Below, piece after piece: positions 21,161 through 32,708 of a stretch of DNA of 64,000 nt. Source of the DNA: Gammaproteobacteria bacterium (GTDB lineage: Bacteria > Pseudomonadota > Gammaproteobacteria > UBA4575). The DNA is taken from contig CBDCUI010000008.1 in the NCBI GenBank assembly GCA_965222615.1, positions 384,001 through 448,000 on the forward strand, read 5' to 3'. Every line of letters begins with the position of its first letter. The stretch's first letter is position 1. The position numbers were made by a program, and so were the translations under genes. The notes beneath the pieces were generated by a model. It saw only the letters and a program-made list of their open reading frames with translations, was not told the origin of the DNA and ran no database searches.

Positions 21161-22873
21161 TCACATTGATAATTTTTTCTGCAAAAAACTTAATATATTA
21201 TTAAGAGGTATTTGTTGGGCTTGAGTGTTTTGGCGACCTTTATATTCGATTTCGCTATTTTTTAAACCACGCTCACTGATAACAATCCGATGTGGAATGC
21301 CGATAAGTTCATGATCGGCAAATAATAATCCTGCTCGTTGATCTCGATCATCAAATAAAGCTTCTATTCCCAAGTTACGTAGATCGGTATAGAGCTGCTC
21401 ACAGGTTGTACTCACTTGATCAGATTTTTTCAAGTTAATAGGAATAATAGAGATATCAAAAGGGGCTATGGATGAGGGCCAAATAATACCTTGTGCATCA
21501 AAGTTTTGCTCAATTGCCGCGGCAACTATACGGGTCACACCAATTCCGTAACAGCCCATCGTGATAATTTGTTCTTTGCCATCTGCTCTAAGGACATTGG
21601 CTTTAAGCGCTTTACTGTATTTGTCCCCTAGTTGAAAAATATGTCCTACTTCGATACCACGCTTAATCAAAATAGTACCATGACCATCAGGACTATTATC
21701 GCCTTCAACAATTTTGCGTATATCCACACTCTGCAATTCCTTAGATACGTCTCTTTCCCAGTTAACTCCTTGGTAATGAAAACCATCTTGGTTAGCACCA
21801 CAGATGAAATTGGATAGGGCTAACGCAGCGTGATCGATAAAGATTGGGCAATTTAACTGTAGTGGACCAATGGAGCCTATTTTACAGTTCAGTGATTTTT
21901 CAATATCACTTTCACTGGCAAATTCTAACGGGCTTGCTACACCTTGTAGCTTTTGTGCCTTAACCGCATTGAGTTCGTGGTCTCCACGCACTACTAATGC
22001 TACTAATGAATTGAGATCGCCTTTGACGATCAAGGTCTTAACGGTTTGTTGCGGAGCAACACTTAAAAACTTGGCGACATCTTCTATGGTGTGTTGATTA
22101 GGTGTGGCAACCTTTTGCAAAGTTTGTGTTGGAATTGCGTTAGCTTGTTCTATAGGAAAGGTCGGTGCAAGTTCTACATTAGCCGCGTAATTTCCACCTG
22201 ATGAGAAGGCAATTGCATCTTCACCAGATTCTGCCAATACATGAAATTCGTGAGAGGTATTTCCGCCTATACTACCTGTGTCGGCCTCAACGGCACGAAA
22301 CTCTAATCCTAGTTTATTGAATATATTGCTATAGGTGTCATACATTATTTGATAAGTTTTTTCTAGTGACTTTTTATTCGTATGAAAAGAGTAAGCATCT
22401 TTCATGCTGAATTCGCGTGCACGCATTACTCCAAAACGTGGCCGTATTTCGTCACGAAATTTAGTCTGAATTTGATAAAAGTTGATGGGTAATTGTTTAT
22501 AGCTACGGATTTCGCGACGAACAAGGTCAGTGATAACTTCTTCATGAGTGGGGCCATAGCAAAATTCCCTTTTATGTCGATCGTGGATTCTTAGTAATTC
22601 AGGTCCATATTGATCCCAACGTTCCGATTCTTGCCATAGCTCTGCAGGTTGAATGGAAGGCATCAACACCTCTATTGCGCCCGATTTATCCATTTCCTCA
22701 CGAATGATATTTTCTACCTTACGCAACACACGTAATCCTAAGGGTAACCAGGTGTAAAGGCCTGCTGCGAGTCGACGAATCATTCCGGCACGTATCATCA
22801 ATTGATGACTAATGACCTCAGCGTCTGCGGGAGCTTCTTTAAGAGTAAATAATGGAAATTGACTTACACGCAT
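21161..22873 (-). CDS. proS: Proline--tRNA ligase
   Basis: [42 protein letters not shown] and MGCYGIG motifs. Confidence 0.98.
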   Translation of the reverse strand: MRVSQFPLFTLKEAPADAEVISHQLMIRAGMIRRLAAGLYTWLPLGLRVLRKVENIIREEMDKSGAIEVLMPSIQPAELWQESERWDQYGPELLRIHDRHKREFCYGPTHEEVITDLVRREIRSYKQLPINFYQIQTKFRDEIRPRFGVMRAREFSMKDAYSFHTNKKSLEKTYQIMYDTYSNIFNKLGLEFRAVEADTGSIGGNTSHEFHVLAESGEDAIAFSSGGNYAANVELAPTFPIEQANAIPTQTLQKVATPNQHTIEDVAKFLSVAPQQTVKTLIVKGDLNSLVALVVRGDHELNAVKAQKLQGVASPLEFASESDIEKSLNCKIGSIGPLQLNCPIFIDHAALALSNFICGANQDGFHYQGVNWERDVSKELQSVDIRKIVEGDNSPDGHGTILIKRGIEVGHIFQLGDKYSKALKANVLRADGKEQIITMGCYGIGVTRIVAAAIEQNFDAQGIIWPSSIAPFDISIIPINLKKSDQVSTTCEQLYTDLRNLGIEALFDDRDQRAGLLFADHELIGIPHRIVISERGLKNSEIEYKGRQNTQAQQIPLNNILSFLQKKLSM

Positions 22874-23047
22874 TTTAATTTTGTGATTTAAGCGTATCTT
22901 GCTTATGTAGTGTTATCTGAAGTGATTTAAGTAGTGATAGCTTTTAAACACAACAAGAATATATATTCTTGTTATGGTGTAGAGGAGTAGGAATATAAGC
23001 TGCCAAGTTGAGTCTTGGCAAGTGTAACTTATGAGTAGATTATTAAA

Positions 23048-23502
23048 TTAACCCTGGCAGAACTCATCGATTTGAGCTTGGGTTTCTTGTATTTTGCCTT
23101 GGCGTTCTTCTTCAGTCAGTTTACGATAAATATCGCCCTCTTTACAGTGACTTGGCCGCGGCTAGTTAAGGAGCGCATATTATTTTCAGCGATCTTGCAG
23201 TTTTCTTGTTTAATTCGATTGCTTTCTTCCAGAACTTCTTTCTCTTGCTGTTTTTGCAGGCGTTCTTGGCGGCGTTCTTCGAAGGTACTGCTCGAAGTAG
23301 GAGAACTCGATTTGGCTTTGGCTACTGCAGTTGATTTGCCGATATTTTCTTCAACGATGATCTCAAATTTAACTCCGGGTGGTGGAGGCGTCTGGCTATA
23401 AATGGTTCTTCCGTCTTCGTCCCATTTATAGACGGAACCGGCATTAACAACCAAGCAGATTGCCAGTGTCAAAGAAGTAACTATGAGTGTTTTTGTAATC
23501 AT
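23048..23502 (-). pseudogene. DUF4124-domain secreted protein with a 1-bp frameshift near 23141-23143 (pseudogene or sequencing error)
   Basis: VYKWDEDGRTIYSQTPPP DUF4124 motif. Adding one A restores ...VTVKEGDIYRKLTEEERQGKIQETQAQIDEFCQG* ending at 23048. Confidence 0.75.
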
Positions 23503-23774
23503 GATTTTAAAAATAAACGCAAGATAATCGCTCTAAATTAATGCTCTAGTTTAGCAAAAATACAGGCATAGCATGACTAAAATCTTGATATTGAAAGACC
23601 GGACGGGCGGTTTCTAGTGACGAAATTTAGCTCTTCAGCCTTGGCGCTATTTACAGGTCAAGAGTTTATTTGGGATTCGTCACATAAATTTAGCTGAAAA
23701 CATACCCATAAGTTAACTATTGAAGTGCTATACTAATCCATAAATTTTATGAATGGGCTTCCCTAGTAGCGAAT

Positions 23775-24668
23775 ATGGCAGACCGACGTTTACAGGTTTT
23801 CTACACCGTAGCCAAGTTACTTAGCTTCACCAAGGCTGCTGAGACATTGCATATGACCCAGCCAGCGGTGACTTTTCAAGTACGACAGCTTGAAGAGCAC
23901 TTTAATACACGCCTATTTGATCGTACCCATAACCGCGTCACCCTTACTGAAGCAGGACGCAAATCCTACGAGTATGCTGAAGAAATCTTCGAGCTGTATG
24001 CGGAAATGGAAAATTCCGTTAAAGAACTTACTGGTGATGTAAGTGGAGCATTGACGTTGGGTGCCAGTACTACTATTGCTGAGTATATGTTGCCGAGTCT
24101 TTTAAGCGGCTTCACAAAAAAATATCCAGATATTCAACTGCGACTGAAGGTTTCTAATACGGAAGGCATCGTGTCGATGGTCGAAAATAGCATGATCGAT
24201 TTGGGCATTGTTGAAGGTCCAGTTACCAATAAGAACCTACTCGTGGAAGTTTGTCATATAGACCATTTATTAGTTATTGTTCCAACTGATCATGAGCTCT
24301 CTAAAAGAAAATCAATTTCTATGGAAAAGCTTATGCATTTCCCATTTATATGTCGCGAGGAAGGATCAGGTACTCGAGAGGTAATTATGGAATACATGAC
24401 TGAAATGGGCTTGGACAAAAATAACTTAAATGTATGTTTAGAACTTGGTAGTCCAGAATCAATTAAAGGTGCAGTTGAGGCAGGCATGGGTGTCTCGATC
24501 GTATCAAGATCCACAATTGAAAAAGAGCTTAAATTGAATAGTTTGTGCCAACTCGATCTTGATCCGCCATTAGAAAGGCATTTTTCGTTTGTTCGACAAC
24601 GGCAAAAATTTCGATTGAATGCGATGGAAGAATTACTTGAGTACGCACGTGGCTATTGTAGTCGATAA
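23775..24668 (+). CDS. LysR-family transcriptional regulator (CysL-like)
   Basis: SFTKAAETLHMTQPAVTFQVRQLE HTH; GASTTIAEY and REEGSGTR motifs. Confidence 0.93.
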   Translation: MADRRLQVFYTVAKLLSFTKAAETLHMTQPAVTFQVRQLEEHFNTRLFDRTHNRVTLTEAGRKSYEYAEEIFELYAEMENSVKELTGDVSGALTLGASTTIAEYMLPSLLSGFTKKYPDIQLRLKVSNTEGIVSMVENSMIDLGIVEGPVTNKNLLVEVCHIDHLLVIVPTDHELSKRKSISMEKLMHFPFICREEGSGTREVIMEYMTEMGLDKNNLNVCLELGSPESIKGAVEAGMGVSIVSRSTIEKELKLNSLCQLDLDPPLERHFSFVRQRQKFRLNAMEELLEYARGYCSR

Positions 24669-24835
24669 TATTAGTACTGCTTAAAGTGTTGGTTTCGTTT
24701 TTAGAGCGTTTGCTCCCTAATTAAATCGAAGTTTGTTGAGTATTGTCCTGTTATTTGGATTAACAACTCATTTGAATTCGGTGTGTCGATAGTACCTGCC
24801 TTAAACTTTACGAATTCTTAGTATCGTATTAACAC

Positions 24836-25933
24836 ATGATTAAGTATATTAAAAACTGGTATCAGGATCATTTTTCAGATCCGCAAGTTGTCATACTTGC
24901 ACTGTTTTTAATTATTGGTTTTGCAGTAGTGTTATTGGCAGGAGATATTTTAGCTCCTGTGTTAGCAAGCATAGTCATTGCATATGTTTTAGATGGTGGG
25001 GTAGAAGTTTTAAGGCGTAGCAAAATACCTAGATTTTTGGCATTGATTATAGTATTTGCTGCATTTATGGCATTGTTGTTGCTAATTTTATTTGGATTAA
25101 TTCCTAAATTATCACAACAATTTACCCAATTTTTGCGTGAGTTACCAAACATGATTACGCACGGTCAAACTATACTGATGCAGCTGCCGGATAAGTACCC
25201 AAGTCTTACTCAGATATTTACTGAGGAACAAATTAAAGAATTTATTTGGTCTATTCGCTCGCAGTTAATTTCAGCAGGTCATAATTTTATTAGCCAACCT
25301 TTGGAATCTGTAGTAGGGCTTATTAGCATTATGGTTTATCTCATACTCGTGCCATTGCTTGTATTCTTTTTCTTAAAAGACAAACAGAAAATTTTGCACT
25401 GGTTTGAAGGATTTCTTCCTGAAAATCGCGAACTTACTAATGAAGTTTGGTTTGAGGTAAATCAGAAAATTGCTAGTTATATACGTGGTAAGTTTTTAGA
25501 GATCTTTGTAGTTTGGTCAATAACCTATGTAACATTTTTATTTTTTGATTTAGATTATGCAATGCTACTTTCGTTTTTGGTAGGAATCTCAGTAATAATT
25601 CCCTATGTAGGCGCTGCTGTTGTGACATTACCTATAGCTTTTGTGGCTTATTTTCAGTGGGGTTTCGGATCACAGTTTGCATATGTGCTGATTGCATATG
25701 CCGTAATCCAATTTTTAGATGGGAATATCTTGGTACCCCTACTATTTTCTGAAGTAGTAAGCTTACACCCAGTCGCGATTATTGCTGCAGTCTTAATCTT
25801 TGGCGGTATTTGGGGTGTTTGGGGCGTGTTTTTTGCGATTCCACTTGCGACATTAGTAAATGCCGTAATCAAGGCCTGGCCAAGTAGAGATGCAAAAGAG
25901 GTGGCACAAGCTACATCTGCATCTGACTCATAA
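24836..25933 (+). CDS. AI-2E family transporter (PerM-like)
   Basis: YIRGKFLEI, IPYVGA, LDGNILVPLLFSE..LHP motifs; next to bcp. Confidence 0.9.
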   Translation: MIKYIKNWYQDHFSDPQVVILALFLIIGFAVVLLAGDILAPVLASIVIAYVLDGGVEVLRRSKIPRFLALIIVFAAFMALLLLILFGLIPKLSQQFTQFLRELPNMITHGQTILMQLPDKYPSLTQIFTEEQIKEFIWSIRSQLISAGHNFISQPLESVVGLISIMVYLILVPLLVFFFLKDKQKILHWFEGFLPENRELTNEVWFEVNQKIASYIRGKFLEIFVVWSITYVTFLFFDLDYAMLLSFLVGISVIIPYVGAAVVTLPIAFVAYFQWGFGSQFAYVLIAYAVIQFLDGNILVPLLFSEVVSLHPVAIIAAVLIFGGIWGVWGVFFAIPLATLVNAVIKAWPSRDAKEVAQATSASDS

Positions 25934-26410
25934 GGATTTGACGGTAGCTAGCACTTCCTCGACATGTCCTTTTACTTTAACTTTTCTCCACTCATGTTTT
26001 AGTACGCCTTTATCATTTATTACGAAGGTACTTCTTTCAATGCCGCGAGCTTTTTTGCCATACATATTTTTCATTTTTATAACATCAAATAACTTACATA
26101 ATTTTTCATCTGGGTCGGAAATTAGTTCAAACTGGAATTTGTGTTTTTCCTTAAAATTTTGATGTGATTTTAGAGAATCTCTTGATATTCCGAAAATCAC
26201 CGTACCCGCACGTTTAAATTTAGTGTGCTGATCACGGAAGTCTTGGCCTTCAGTAGTACAGCCAGGCGTGTTGTCTTTGGGATAAAAGTATAAAACTACC
26301 TTTTTGCCTTGAAGATTAGAAAATTTGATGATCTGGTCAGGGGTAGCTACGCATTGGAAGGCAGGTACTTTTTTATTTAAAGTTGCAATTTTAGTTTTAC
26401 GGTTAGCCAT
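25928..26410 (-). CDS. bcp: Peroxiredoxin Bcp
   Basis: LYFYPKDNTPGCTTEGQDFRD and GIERSTF motifs; start taken as the ATG at 26410. Confidence 0.92.
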   Translation of the reverse strand: MANRKTKIATLNKKVPAFQCVATPDQIIKFSNLQGKKVVLYFYPKDNTPGCTTEGQDFRDQHTKFKRAGTVIFGISRDSLKSHQNFKEKHKFQFELISDPDEKLCKLFDVIKMKNMYGKKARGIERSTFVINDKGVLKHEWRKVKVKGHVEEVLATVKSL

Positions 26411-26496
26411 TCTTATTCCTCGGTTTGCTTGTAATGCCATGATTTCATTTGTAATATCGCGAGCTTCTTGGTTCAACAGTCCGTTTGAGGTAGTCG

Positions 26497-27372
26497 GTGT
26501 TTAAAGGAAGCATGGTTGCCATTGCAACGCCTATGCAGCTAGGTGGGGCAGTCGATTACGACTGTCTGGCAAAATATATTGAGTTTCATATTGAAAATGA
26601 ATCTGATGCCTTGGTACCGGCAGGTACTACGGGTGAATCGGCTACTCTTGATCACCAAGAACATTGTGAGGTTATTCGTTTCGTAGTCGAACAGGTGAAA
26701 GGACGTATTCCCGTAATCGCGGGTACTGGCGCCAATTCTACACATGAAGCGATTGAGCTCACTCAATGTGCAAAAGATGCAGGTGCTGACGCCTGTTTAT
26801 TAGTGACGCCTTATTATAATAAACCTACTCAAGAGGGATTAGTGCTGCACCACCAAGCCATTGCTGAAGCAGTAGCGATTCCGCAGATACTTTATAATGT
26901 CCCAGGACGTACAGCTTGCGATATGTTGCCAGAAACTGTGATTCGGCTTTCGCAAATTGATAATATCATTGGTGTAAAAGAAGCCACGGGTGAAATTAGT
27001 CGTTGTGAAAAAATTCTTGCAGCGAGCAAAGGAGATTTTTTGCTGATAAGTGGTGATGATGCAACTGCTATGGATTTTCTATTTGCAGGGGGGCATGGTG
27101 TTATAACTGTCACCGGTAATGTTGCTCCAAAGCTATTTCATGATCTATGTATGGCGTGTCTGGATGGTGATCGTACTAAAGCGCAACAAATCAATGCTAA
27201 GCTGGAACGCTTGAATAAAGACTTGTTTTTGGAGTCCAATCCTATTCCTGTTAAGTGGTGTTTATCTGAAATGGGCTTATTTCCGGAAGGTATCCGTTTG
27301 CCAATGACGCGACTATCTAGTACTTATCATCCTACTTTGCGCGAAGCCTTACGAATTGCAGGCAGCATTTGA
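26497..27372 (+). CDS. dapA: 4-hydroxy-tetrahydrodipicolinate synthase
   Basis: GTTGES, PYYNKPTQEG, LYNVPGRT, GVKEATG and ESNPIPVK motifs. Confidence 0.97.
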   Translation: MFKGSMVAIATPMQLGGAVDYDCLAKYIEFHIENESDALVPAGTTGESATLDHQEHCEVIRFVVEQVKGRIPVIAGTGANSTHEAIELTQCAKDAGADACLLVTPYYNKPTQEGLVLHHQAIAEAVAIPQILYNVPGRTACDMLPETVIRLSQIDNIIGVKEATGEISRCEKILAASKGDFLLISGDDATAMDFLFAGGHGVITVTGNVAPKLFHDLCMACLDGDRTKAQQINAKLERLNKDLFLESNPIPVKWCLSEMGLFPEGIRLPMTRLSSTYHPTLREALRIAGSI

Positions 27373-27389
27373 TCAAAATTTATCTATAG

Positions 27390-28448
27390 ATGAATATACA
27401 AGTACTCAATTTACGCTCTTGGTTAGTAATAATTTTAGGTATGTTAGTACTAAATGGCTGTGGATTTTTTAAAGGTAGAGACTATGCCGATAGTGGTAGT
27501 ACCAACCCACTTGAGGCTCCTCCTGATTTAGTAACCCCAGAATGGGAAGATAGTCTCAAAATTCCAAAAACTGCAAATGATCGCGTCAGTGCATTAGAAT
27601 CCAATAGTCCTGCTCTAGGCGCGGCTGTTTTACCAGAGTTTCTCGATATACGTGTGCGACGCGAAGGGCCAACACATTGGCTGGAAGTAGATACGGATCC
27701 CGTTACCTTATGGCCATTGTTGCGAAATTTTCTTCAAAAAGAAGAATTTCAAATTGCAGCAGATGAACCTGTATTAGGATATATAGAAACGGAATGGAAA
27801 CAAAATATGGTTCGTTCTAATGATGCGAATTCGCAACAAGAAAGCTTTGATGTTACTGGAGAAAAATTTCGTATTCGACTTGAACGCCAACCTAATGCCG
27901 TTACTAATATATTTTTAACGCAACGTGGTGCCGAAGTTGCCGCAATTAATAAAGATAATCAAATCTTATGGAAGCCACAGCCTCCAAATGGTGAACGTGA
28001 AGCAGAAATGGCAATTCGATTGATGGAGTTTTTAGGTACTTCCAGAGAGGATGCCCAACATAAATTCGCTAGCGCAGAATCGCAATTTTTGTTTTTAGAT
28101 ATCAGGGATGTTGGTGGTGTTCCTGTTTTGTTAGTAGGTGATGAATTTTCTAGGGTTTGGCGCAGGACAGGAGTGGCCTTGGATCGTTCTGGCTTATTAG
28201 TAGAAAAGCATAATCGCAACAAGGGTGTGTACTATGTGTCATTGGATCTTGCACCTACTGAAGTGAGTGCTGAGAAAGTTACTGCAGAAAAAACTTATTA
28301 TGAGATTCATTTGCTGGGCCAAGGTAAGCAAACGGTTATCACCGCACATGAAGCAGATGAAGGCGTAAGTGTAATTAAACCCGAAAAGGCTCGTGAATTA
28401 TTGCAGAGGATTGTGGCGGCGTATCCGGGTAGTTACCCTAACGCATAG
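27390..28448 (+). CDS. bamC: Outer membrane assembly lipoprotein BamC (NlpB)
   Basis: Lipobox LNGC, PLEAPPDL, IETEW and RVWRRTGVALDR motifs; follows dapA. Confidence 0.85.
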   Translation: MNIQVLNLRSWLVIILGMLVLNGCGFFKGRDYADSGSTNPLEAPPDLVTPEWEDSLKIPKTANDRVSALESNSPALGAAVLPEFLDIRVRREGPTHWLEVDTDPVTLWPLLRNFLQKEEFQIAADEPVLGYIETEWKQNMVRSNDANSQQESFDVTGEKFRIRLERQPNAVTNIFLTQRGAEVAAINKDNQILWKPQPPNGEREAEMAIRLMEFLGTSREDAQHKFASAESQFLFLDIRDVGGVPVLLVGDEFSRVWRRTGVALDRSGLLVEKHNRNKGVYYVSLDLAPTEVSAEKVTAEKTYYEIHLLGQGKQTVITAHEADEGVSVIKPEKARELLQRIVAAYPGSYPNA

Positions 28449-28598
28449 AGGAAGCTCTGATTTATGGCAATTTTAAAATAATTTAGTATCTTTTCGCTCT
28501 CTCTCAAATTAAATTTACTTTTTTTGAACAGCTCTTTCTTGAGAGTGCTGCTGAAAGCAGTCATTTAAATTATTTCTAATCATTAATCAAAACCACCT
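28449..28598. mobile_element. Degenerate MITE-like element (same terminal repeat family as 45913 and 49649)
   Basis: Starts AGGAAGCTCTGATTTA right after the bamC stop, identical to the reverse complement of 46022-46037; degenerate right end TAATCAAAACCACCT. Confidence 0.45.
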
Positions 28599-28606
28599 CT
28601 TGGATT

Positions 28607-28962
28607 CCCCATTATTTGCTTGACGAGCAAACAGATAAGGCTGCTGACAAATGAACAAGGAGGTTCATTTGAGGCATGTTGAGCATGGATGCGAATTATG
28701 CCGACAGCATAGTCGTTCTGCGCAGCGAGTGAATCCCCGTTCGGTAGATAAGGGGACAAGTAAATTTGGGTGTCTTTTCTTTTGGTTCCCCTAGTTCATT
28801 TAATTAAGGCTTTGGACAAGCAAAGACAAAATCGTCTGGAACGATTTTGAACATCGTCATTTCATGACGATGGCCCGAAGGGCAAAATACAGGGAGTATT
28901 TTGTAAAATGAACAAACTAACTTAATACAAATTATTAATGAGCTGAACGTGCACTTCTTGCC
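28607..28962. repeat. Structured dispersed repeat, copy 1 (contains a nested 79-bp insertion)
   Basis: Shares GGGTGTCTTTTCTTT(T)GGTTC...CTTTGGACAAGCAAAG...AAAATGAAC...CTGAACGT(G/T)CACTTCTTGC with 39072-39318 and 50263-50518. Confidence 0.8.
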
Positions 28963-28971
28963 GAAGTATAA

Positions 28972-30849
28972 TTAAGAAAACGATAGAGTTTTTTGATTAG
29001 TAAAACTTCTAATAGAATTTAATATCGACTCAGCATCTAAACCTGCATCTATTAATAATTCGTCTCGAGAGGCGTGATCTAAAAATTGATCTGGTAGCCC
29101 TAGGTTTTTTACTTTAATTGGTTGTTTAATTTTATTTAACACTTCATTTACGGCACTACCTGCTCCACCCATTACAGAGTTGTCTTCAACAGTAATGATA
29201 TAGTCATGCTGATTAGCAATCTGTTTGATAAGTTGCTCATCAATGGGCTTAACAAAGCGCATATTTATCACAGTTGCATTTAATTCTTCGCCCACTTGCA
29301 AGGCCTCATAGGTAGGGCTGCCAAATGCCAAAATTGCAACGGTATTGCCTTCTCGCAGAATCTTTGCTTTACCTACTTTTACTGCATTCAAATTTGGGTG
29401 TACTGGTGCACCAGGCCCAGTACCACGTGGGTAACGTACTGCGGTAGGATTGTTTTGTAGATATGCGGTATACAGCATACGCCGAGTTTCGTTTTCATCT
29501 GCAGGAACCATGACCATCATATTAGGTATACAACGCAAATAAGTAAGATCGAAACTCCCCGCATGAGTTTGTCCATCAGGTCCAACAACGCCAGCACGAT
29601 CGATTGCAAATACTACTGGTAAATTTTGTATCGCTATATCGTGTATAAGCTGATCGTATGCACGTTGTAAAAAAGTTGAATAAATTGCAACGACAGGTTT
29701 TAATTTTTCGCACGCCATACCTGCAGCCAGTGTTACCGCATGTTGTTCTGCAATGGCCACATCAAAATAACGTTCAGGAAACTTATTAGAAAATTCAACA
29801 AGTCCCGAGCCTTCGCGCATGGCCGGAGTAATAGCAACTACATGAGGATCTTGTTCAGCGATATCACATATCCAATCGCTGAATACTTTAGTGTAAGTAG
29901 TTTTGGGTTTTTTGTTTGATTTAACTACACCAACATTTGGATCAAAAGACGGTACGGCATGATAACCGACAGGATCTGATTCGGCCTTTTCATAACCTTT
30001 ACCTTTACGTGTGACAATATGTAATAAACGAGGACCTTTCAAACGCTTCAAGTTTTGTAATGTTTTAACTAAGCCACTGACATCATGCCCATCAACCGGG
30101 CCAAAATAGTGAACACCCATTTCTTCAAATAGGGTGCCGGGGGCCAACATGCCTTTTACATGTTCCTCGGTACGGCGGGCGAGTTCGTGAATTGGCGGAA
30201 TGGGTTCTAAGAGCTTTTTACTGCCTTCGCGCATGGTGGAAAATACTTTGCCAGACAACATTCGTGCTAGGTAATTCGTCATGGCTCCGACATTAGGAGA
30301 AATTGACATTTCATTGTCATTTAAGACTACGAGTAAGTCAGCCTTGCTGTCTCCTAGATGATTTAGCGCTTCATAGGCAAGGCCGGCCGTTAAACCCCCA
30401 TCACCGATAACGGCGATAACTTTGCGATTGTCTCCTTGTTGGTCACTAGCAATGGCCATACCTAAGGCTGCGCTGATTGAGGTACTAGAATGACCGACTC
30501 CAAAATGGTCATACTCACTTTCATTGCGTGTTGGAAAAGGTGCTAGTCCGCCTTTAGTGCGAATACTAGTGATTTGTTGTTTGCGTCCTGTAAGTATTTT
30601 ATGTGGATAGCACTGATGGCCTACGTCCCACACAATTCGATCATGTGGAGTATTAAACACATAATGCAAAGCTGTAGTGATCTCGATTGCTCCAAGGCCT
30701 GCTGCGAAATGCCCACCGCTACTGGCGACTGAGTCAAGCAAAAAAGCGCGTAACTCCTCTGCTACGGTAGGAATCTGATGAAGATCCAGTGCACGTAAAT
30801 CGGCTGGATAATCAATGCCAGATAGTAATGGATAAGGATGCTCAGTCAT
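28972..30849 (-). CDS. dxs: 1-deoxy-D-xylulose-5-phosphate synthase
   Basis: [30 protein letters not shown] and IAEQHAV motifs. Confidence 0.97.
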   Translation of the reverse strand: MTEHPYPLLSGIDYPADLRALDLHQIPTVAEELRAFLLDSVASSGGHFAAGLGAIEITTALHYVFNTPHDRIVWDVGHQCYPHKILTGRKQQITSIRTKGGLAPFPTRNESEYDHFGVGHSSTSISAALGMAIASDQQGDNRKVIAVIGDGGLTAGLAYEALNHLGDSKADLLVVLNDNEMSISPNVGAMTNYLARMLSGKVFSTMREGSKKLLEPIPPIHELARRTEEHVKGMLAPGTLFEEMGVHYFGPVDGHDVSGLVKTLQNLKRLKGPRLLHIVTRKGKGYEKAESDPVGYHAVPSFDPNVGVVKSNKKPKTTYTKVFSDWICDIAEQDPHVVAITPAMREGSGLVEFSNKFPERYFDVAIAEQHAVTLAAGMACEKLKPVVAIYSTFLQRAYDQLIHDIAIQNLPVVFAIDRAGVVGPDGQTHAGSFDLTYLRCIPNMMVMVPADENETRRMLYTAYLQNNPTAVRYPRGTGPGAPVHPNLNAVKVGKAKILREGNTVAILAFGSPTYEALQVGEELNATVINMRFVKPIDEQLIKQIANQHDYIITVEDNSVMGGAGSAVNEVLNKIKQPIKVKNLGLPDQFLDHASRDELLIDAGLDAESILNSIRSFTNQKTLSFS

Positions 30850-30895
30850 GTTGGTTAATTATGTTAGTAATTAATACTATAGTAATGCTTTAACG

Positions 30896-31792
30896 CTAGG
30901 AGTTCCGCACTACCATGTATTCACTTATAGCGCGTAGGGTATCTCCTTTAGAATTTAACGTTTTTATTTCATTTAATGCTTCATTGAGCAGTTCGTGAGC
31001 AGTATTTTCAGCTTCCTGAATACCCATAATACTTGGATAAGTAGGTTTATTTTGTGCCGCATCTGAACCCTGTGGTTTTCCCATCGTATTTGTGTCGACT
31101 TGTATATCAAGAATGTCATCACGTATTTGAAACGCTAGGCCGATGCAATCTGCAAAATGTGCAAAACGATTGATGGCTACTGGGTCCTCTATATTACTGA
31201 CTGTTACTGCCATTAATACGCTGGCTTTAATCAATGCACCGGTCTTTAAACGATGCATTTGTTCTATTTCATTTTTATCGAGCCGTTTATTTATAGAAGC
31301 AAGATCTATGGCTTGACCTCCAGCCATGCCTAGTGAACCAGATGATTCTGCAAGCAGTTGGATTAATTTTATGCGTTGTTTTGTGGTACTAGCATCGTTT
31401 GCGAGTATTGCAAATGCCAGTGCTTGAATGGCGTCGCCAGCTAGTATGGCGGTAGCTTCATCAAAGGCCTTATGGCAGGTGGGCAATCCACGTCTTAAAT
31501 CATCATTATCCATTGCAGGTAAATCGTCGTGCACTAGCGAATAACTATGCATCAGTTCTACCGCGCAGGCTGAGGTATCTAACTTCTCCAGATCCGTGCC
31601 TAAAGCCTGCCCTGTTGCATACAGTAATGCAGGTCGTATGCGTTTCCCGCCACCTAAAACAGCATAACGCATTGCTTGGTGTAATTTTTTTGGAGGCTCA
31701 GATTCTTCGGGTAACCAGTTTGCTAGTTGTTGATTGATACGATTGGTAAACTGATCAAGGATCTCTTCAATTGCTTTCAAGCAAGTCTCCAT
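30896..31792 (-). CDS. ispA: Farnesyl diphosphate synthase
   Basis: [22 protein letters not shown] and FQIRDDILD motifs. Confidence 0.95.
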   Translation of the reverse strand: METCLKAIEEILDQFTNRINQQLANWLPEESEPPKKLHQAMRYAVLGGGKRIRPALLYATGQALGTDLEKLDTSACAVELMHSYSLVHDDLPAMDNDDLRRGLPTCHKAFDEATAILAGDAIQALAFAILANDASTTKQRIKLIQLLAESSGSLGMAGGQAIDLASINKRLDKNEIEQMHRLKTGALIKASVLMAVTVSNIEDPVAINRFAHFADCIGLAFQIRDDILDIQVDTNTMGKPQGSDAAQNKPTYPSIMGIQEAENTAHELLNEALNEIKTLNSKGDTLRAISEYMVVRNS

Positions 31793-32024
31793 CTCTCAGT
31801 TCCGTTTTAACCCAATCTTCTTCTTCCTGACTCAGTAGTGTGATCTTTTGTTCAGCATTTTGCAGTGCTTGGCGGCATTCACGTGTAAGTTTGATCCCTT
31901 GTTCAAACTCTTTAAGCGATTGCTCTAAAGAAAGTTCTCCTTTCTCTAGTTTTTCGACTAAGGCTTCCAGCTGCTTAAGAGACTTTTCAAAATCTATCGA
32001 CTTGGATGTAGTTTTTCTGGCCAC
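31767..32024 (-). CDS. xseB: Exodeoxyribonuclease VII small subunit
   Basis: [35 protein letters not shown]; xseB-ispA-dxs synteny. Confidence 0.95.
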   Translation of the reverse strand: MARKTTSKSIDFEKSLKQLEALVEKLEKGELSLEQSLKEFEQGIKLTRECRQALQNAEQKITLLSQEEEDWVKTELRDGDLLESN

Positions 32025-32105
32025 TTTTTTTACCTAGACAGTTGCAATATCGGTATATTTTCGTATACACAATAATTGAGCATACTTGATTATGATTGAC
32101 ATATT

Positions 32106-32150
32106 TTTAGACCTGGTCTAAAGTAACACTAAGTTTAGACTCATTCTAAA
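32106..32150. promoter_or_regulatory. Two tandem ICE/Irr-like (Fur-family) operator palindromes upstream of rubrerythrin
   Basis: TTTAGACCTGGTCTAAA (32106-32122) and TTTAGACTCATTCTAAA (32134-32150). Confidence 0.6.
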
Positions 32151-32210
32151 TTATAAAAACCAGTAATTTCACACTGAAATTACCAAACATAATAGCTGGA
32201 GGTAGCGATA

Positions 32211-32630
32211 ATGTCTCTAAAAGGCAGCAAAACAGAAGAAAATTTAAAAGCCGCATTTGCGGGCGAGTCCCAGGCCAATCGTCGATATTTATATTTTGCT
32301 TCGAAAGCGGATGTCGAAGGTTATAACGATGTATCCGCCGTATTTCGCTCTACTGCAGAAGGTGAAACCGGACACGCGCATGGTCACTTAGAGTACCTGG
32401 AAGAGTGTGGAGACCCAGCAACAGGGCTACCGATTGGTTCAACCTCAGATAACCTTAAAGCTGCAATCGCCGGTGAAACGCATGAGTACACGGACATGTA
32501 CCCAGGTATGGCTAAAACGGCTCGTGACGAAAATTTTGATGAAGTCGCGGATTGGTTTGAGACTTTAGCAAAAGCCGAACGCTCACACGCCAACCGTTTC
32601 CAAAAAGCGCTAGATACACTTGACGGTTAA
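32211..32630 (+). CDS. Rubrerythrin (short aerobic type, no rubredoxin domain)
   Basis: [33 protein letters not shown] and AERSHA diiron motifs. Confidence 0.95.
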   Translation: MSLKGSKTEENLKAAFAGESQANRRYLYFASKADVEGYNDVSAVFRSTAEGETGHAHGHLEYLEECGDPATGLPIGSTSDNLKAAIAGETHEYTDMYPGMAKTARDENFDEVADWFETLAKAERSHANRFQKALDTLDG

Positions 32631-32708
32631 TTGATGAATTTGCATTAGTACAAGTCGAACATTTTTCCGACTTGTACAGTGCACTCAACCCAAACTAAAT
32701 TTATTTAA

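Noticed and set aside
26410-26497. Absence of gcvR between bcp and dapA, and of purC after bamC
   Set aside because: Gene-order variation of this kind is common and no remnant is visible.
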